DNA of 64,000 nucleotides from Zootoca vivipara (lineage: Eukaryota): positions 29,388,001 through 29,452,000 of the forward strand of contig NC_083288.1 in NCBI RefSeq assembly GCF_963506605.1. Direction: 5' to 3'. Positions 59,873 to 64,000 of this stretch are shown here, in pieces. The translations under genes were made by a program, and so were the position numbers. Numbering within the stretch: the stretch's first letter is position 1; every line of letters begins with the position of its first letter. The notes beneath the pieces are model-generated. The model was given only the letters and a program-made list of their open reading frames with translations. It ran no database searches and had not been told where the DNA came from.

Positions 59873-60914
59873 GGGCTTGAACCCACAACATGGTTGAAAT
59901 ATTATGCTGATATGCAGCAACGCCTCGGAGCCGTCGTGACTGCGGCCGTGCCTTGCCTTGCCCTCGCCCACCCTGTCACCCCCTCTTGCCTGCCCGACCC
60001 TCCCGTCCTCTCCAGCCAAGCAGGGTAGCCGCCGCCGTTGCCAGCCCCAGAAGCACAAGGTGGCCGCTGCCGCCACCACGATGTCGTCAGGCCAGCTGGC
60101 CCTGTAGCCCCGCCCACGTTCCCACTTTGTGGCCCCGCCCCTGAATGATCATGGCTTGCCCCCCCCCTAGTTTTGATCCTGGCTACGCCCTTGGGATGTG
60201 GTTATCTTTTATTAAGATTTTGTGAAATTATATCAGTGGCCGCTGTGTCAGACTCACCACTAAAGGTGGGAGGTGAGTTACATGACCAATTTCCTGGGTT
60301 TCTAAAAGATACAACACCTCCTAGTAACAACACTGGAGACATGTGTTTTAACTCTTTGTCAGTAAAAAACAGCCAGGTGTTCTACTTATTAGAAGGATGC
60401 CCTGGGTCCACCTATCTCCCACCAAAGGCTCAAAGTAATGAGGATGCACTTCTGCTAAAAAGATAGAATTTTATATATTTACATTCATTGAGGATTCAAA
60501 CTTAATAGTCACTCTCTTAAGGCACAACACTTCATTTTAGAAAGGTTACGTATGTGGGTCGCAATAGTTTCAGGCAAAAATTCTTTACAGAGAACATTTA
60601 AGCCCCAGTTAGCATTCTTGTTTAAAACTAGTCTCAGGATAGACTATTTCCAACTAAATTGGATATTTGTGTCACTGCCTAGCAAGAATCTCACAGCCCC
60701 TTCTAGAGTTTTCCCCTTAGCTTCAGGGAAGCAAATTGAGTTGCCCTCTACAGCTAATCCCTAAATATAATCAGAACAGGCCCTTCTCACCCCAGGTTCC
60801 TAAACATGGGCTCATCCAAGATGTGAGAGGTTTTCTTCTTCTTTCACTGCTCCATTTCCCAAGAAAACCTACTTTTTAGCTTCAAATAGAAAGAAATGAC
60901 AATCAACAGAAAAG
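59873..60914 (+). repeat. Direct duplication of 54185-54971 flanking the Gypsy element
   Basis: Near-identical; the left copy lacks ~255 bp (60199-60454). Confidence 0.95.
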
Positions 60915-61155
60915 CCTGATGAAAGCAGTGGCACAAGAGAAAGGGTTAGACATGCACTAAATGATGGACAGTCCCTCTCTAAATGTATGATTAACATGTC
61001 TTGTGATCAGAGATGCAAAAATTATTAATGATACATTTAAGCAGGAAGAACACAAGATGTCCTTCTGACACCCGGAAGATTTTGAGTCTGCATATCAAAA
61101 TTTATCTGGAAGCTGTAACTGGTTGTGATATCTCTGTAGTTCGCTATGCTTATAC

Positions 61156-62145
61156 CTACAGAGAGAAATGGAACCTTTTCAGGAAAAGCCTGGAAAAGAT
61201 ACTCATAGAAGAGTGCTTCACACCCAAGAGTTTTGATACAGCATTTTTAATCTCTTTATTTCTCATGCTGTAAATTATTGGATTGAACATGGGTGGTACA
61301 ATGGTATATATCACAGTTATTGCGAAGTCACCATCAGATGGAGTTTTTGAAGGAGGCCTAAGGTAAGCAAAACATCCTGTGAAACTAAATAAGAAGAAGA
61401 CAACAAGGTGAGGTATGCAAGTGGAGAAAGCCTTTTTCCTTCCCTGAACAGATGGAACATTCAGAACAACAGTAAAGATGTGCACATAAGTGACAACGAT
61501 GAAGACAAAACATCCAAACACAAATGTTATGCTCACCAACAAGACTCCAATTTCTGTAAGGTATAAATTAGAGCAGGCAAGTGTAAGTAACTGTGGGATC
61601 TCACAGAAAAACTGATTGACAATGTTTGAGCAGAAAGGGGTTGCAAAAGTTGTACTAGTGTGCATGACTGCATTGAAAATTCCAGCAACCCACACACCAG
61701 CAACCATTTGTTTGCAGGCTGCCCTGTTCATCACCATTTCATATTGTAATGGATTGCAAACGGCAACATAGCGATCATATGCCATGACTGTAAGAAGGGC
61801 AGTATCGGATGATAAAAAGAAAAATAATAAAAGCACTTGAGCAACACATCCAGCATAAGATATGTGTCTGATATTCATGAGAGAATTGGCCATGGATTTG
61901 GGGATGGTGACTGAAACAGCCCCTAGGTCCAGTATGGCCAAGTTCATCAGAAAGAAGTACATGGGGGTGTGAAGGTGGTGGTCAAAAGCTATGGCAGAGA
62001 TGATGAGAAGATTCCCAAATACAATTGCCAGGTACAATACCAGGAAGAGAGAGAAGTGTAGAATCTGCAGTTCCCGTACAGCTGAAAACTCCAGGAGTAG
62101 AAATTCAGGGACAGAGGATTCATTGCCTATCTTTGCATTCATCAT
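61156..62145 (-). CDS. Olfactory receptor, family 14-like (about 329 aa from MMNAK)
   Basis: NES, GN, LHTPMYFFL, MAYDRYVAVC, KAFSTC and PPMFNPIIYSMRN; splice acceptor ttttcttttAG at 62164-62163. Confidence 0.95.
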   Translation of the reverse strand: MMNAKIGNESSVPEFLLLEFSAVRELQILHFSLFLVLYLAIVFGNLLIISAIAFDHHLHTPMYFFLMNLAILDLGAVSVTIPKSMANSLMNIRHISYAGCVAQVLLLFFFLSSDTALLTVMAYDRYVAVCNPLQYEMVMNRAACKQMVAGVWVAGIFNAVMHTSTTFATPFCSNIVNQFFCEIPQLLTLACSNLYLTEIGVLLVSITFVFGCFVFIVVTYVHIFTVVLNVPSVQGRKKAFSTCIPHLVVFFLFSFTGCFAYLRPPSKTPSDGDFAITVIYTIVPPMFNPIIYSMRNKEIKNAVSKLLGVKHSSMSIFSRLFLKRFHFSL

Positions 62146-62384
62146 TAAAATGATTGCTGCTTCTAAAAGAAAACAGGAAGACACACACAGATTTAAGTCC
62201 TCTTCTGATAACAAATATTTGTTATCTAATACTGATTTGGGTGTGGTTTTTGTGGGATGTAGATTTAAAAGAAAGAAGTGAACAAAATAGTGTAATAATA
62301 AATCTTCATCTAAAGGAGAACTTAGCTTTAAACTCCATATAGATAACACACCATTATCTTAAAATAAGTTACTGCTAAGTATTA

Positions 62385-62720
62385 TTTTTTTCTTCTGGGA
62401 ATTATAGAACTCTACCCAAACAGTATAGAAATTTATTCATGCATGCTACTACAGTGGCAAGAAAGTTATTTGCCCAAAAATGGAAAGAAGAAGAAGAATC
62501 GGTGAAGGAAGAATGGATACAAAAACTTATCGACTATGCAGAAATTGCAAAACTTACTGGGAGTGGGGGAGAGAAATCAAGATAACAAACATTTTATTTT
62601 AAAAAATGGAAATGCTTTATTGAATATTTATGAACAAATTGTAAACAGGATTATTGTCATAAATTGCAGTTTCAATTGTATATAATTAAAGTAGATCAAT
62701 GTAGATCAATTTTTTGTGTT
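62385..62720 (+). mobile_element. L1-clade LINE 3' fragment
   Basis: FMHATTVARKLFAQKWKEEE...EEWIQKLIDYAEIAKLT; similar to 19020-19140. Confidence 0.75.
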
Positions 62721-63963
62721 AATTTATATTGCAATGGCCATCACAACTTAGGTCCAGGAGACCTTAACAGCTTGATTCCTAATATCCCTGTTTCATCAGT
62801 GAGGTCTTTGAATGAGTCACTGGTAGTGGTTCCACATGACTCAGAAACATAATTCCTACTTCCCAGGAGGCATGCATTCAGTATTCTGGGTCCGATGCTT
62901 TGCAACTCCTCACATAGGTTTTTAATCTTTGCTGTAAGTTTTTAACCTTAATGTACACTGTGCACAGACCACAGTCTTATGAATGTACAAATGTATAGGC
63001 TCTTGGAGAGAAGCTTACAGCTGCTTCACTTCTTCCCAGATCTTTTTGCTGTCACAGAATGCTAAACCTAGCAAAGTGCTAAAGCTCTCTCCTCACTCAC
63101 TAGGAGCTTCAATGAATGTTTGTTCTTGGTTGCAGCTCATGGCTGGTGAGGACAGAGGCTAACCAGTAGTCCTGGTTTGGATGATGTGCTCAGTCAAATC
63201 CGGGTATAGTTTAAGATGACAGTAAAAAGGTGCATGATGGAGCAAAGCTACTGTAATCTTCTTTCCAGTCGGTTGAACATTTGTGCAGTCTCACTGAGTT
63301 AAGCTTTGGCTTAGCTTGTCATGGAAACCAGGTCATTTCTATGTGCATAGGTTTCAGGAGAGACCACATAACAAGCAGGATTTCACATTCTACACAATAC
63401 ACAATAGTAGTATTGTTTGTATTTAACCCTCCAAAAACTACACAGTTATCACTAATGTTATAAAACATCTTACTCTTTTCCTTTAAATAAACTTCCAGAT
63501 GCAATTTCTTTATCACTTTAAGATGTTCTGTATTCTTCTAGCCACTCATGGACCTTTTTAAAAAATATAATAATTATAATAAATATAAATAATATAATAA
63601 TAATAATAAGTAAATCAATCACCTGCATTGTCTTCTGTGAAAGTTAACAAGTTTCTCTACTCTTGCAGAATGAAGATTTTACCATGGGGTGGAAATTTAT
63701 TATAATTGTTATAGTTATGTTCCTGGGAGTTTGGTCTCAAGAGCCTCAAACAAATCAGCAATTGTGTTCCTTTGTTGCTTGGACTCAGGAGTCCCACAAA
63801 AAAACAGCAGCAGTGTTTGTTAAGCCTTGGTCCCAGGAGTCCAACACAAATCAATCAAAGTATGTAAACTTCCACCTTTAAAAAAACATTGCTCATGAAA
63901 ATATTTAAGCTAGAATAAACCACCAACACTTAGATCTCTTTATATTCCTGTTTCTTAAAAAAC

Positions 63964-63966
<3 letters not shown>

Positions 63967-64000
<34 letters not shown>
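63967..64000. repeat. (AT)n microsatellite
   Basis: Read directly; runs off the end of the window. Confidence 0.95.

Larger units (their letters stand above)
51850..60193. mobile_element. Non-autonomous hAT element (right end duplicated at 54506 and 60193) now enclosing the Gypsy element
   Basis: TIR catgggtgtagacagg/cctggctacgcccttg; 8-bp TSD ggatgtgg at 51842-51849 and 60194-60201. Confidence 0.8.

Noticed and set aside
62146-62349. 68-aa N-terminal extension making a 397-aa OR
   Set aside because: It has a non-ATG start and a strong splice acceptor at 62163-62164, so the extension is most likely intron.

Overview
Vertebrate genomic DNA, most likely from a lacertid lizard (inferred from Sauria-type SINEs with ACCTTT tails together with BovB/RTE, CR1 and Penelope repeats). 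The window is part of a class II olfactory receptor (OR) cluster. It holds six apparently intact family-14-like ORs (five on +, one on -), three copies of a family-6-like OR pseudogene and several truncated OR fragments. The left ~48 kb is built from recent tandem segmental duplications trimmed by microhomology-flanked deletions. Mobile elements include an intact-ORF Mag-type Gypsy element, a CR1 with intact ORF2, a 5'-inverted BovB, Ngaro/DIRS tyrosine-recombinase relics, a solo LTR, SINEs, hAT and Tc1/mariner MITEs, and Penelope ends with a hammerhead-like core. I found no clearly new gene system. The most unusual signals are: (1) a young Gypsy element with one normal and one clipped end, flanked by a ~1 kb duplication instead of a short TSD and nested in a hAT element; (2) helix-by-helix mosaicism among four OR paralogs, each followed by a truncated 'shadow' copy; (3) a conserved and repeatedly duplicated OR promoter/non-coding exon module; (4) a 4 kb patchwork that compresses about 27 kb of the cluster. 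All alignments were done by eye, so boundaries may be off by a few bases.
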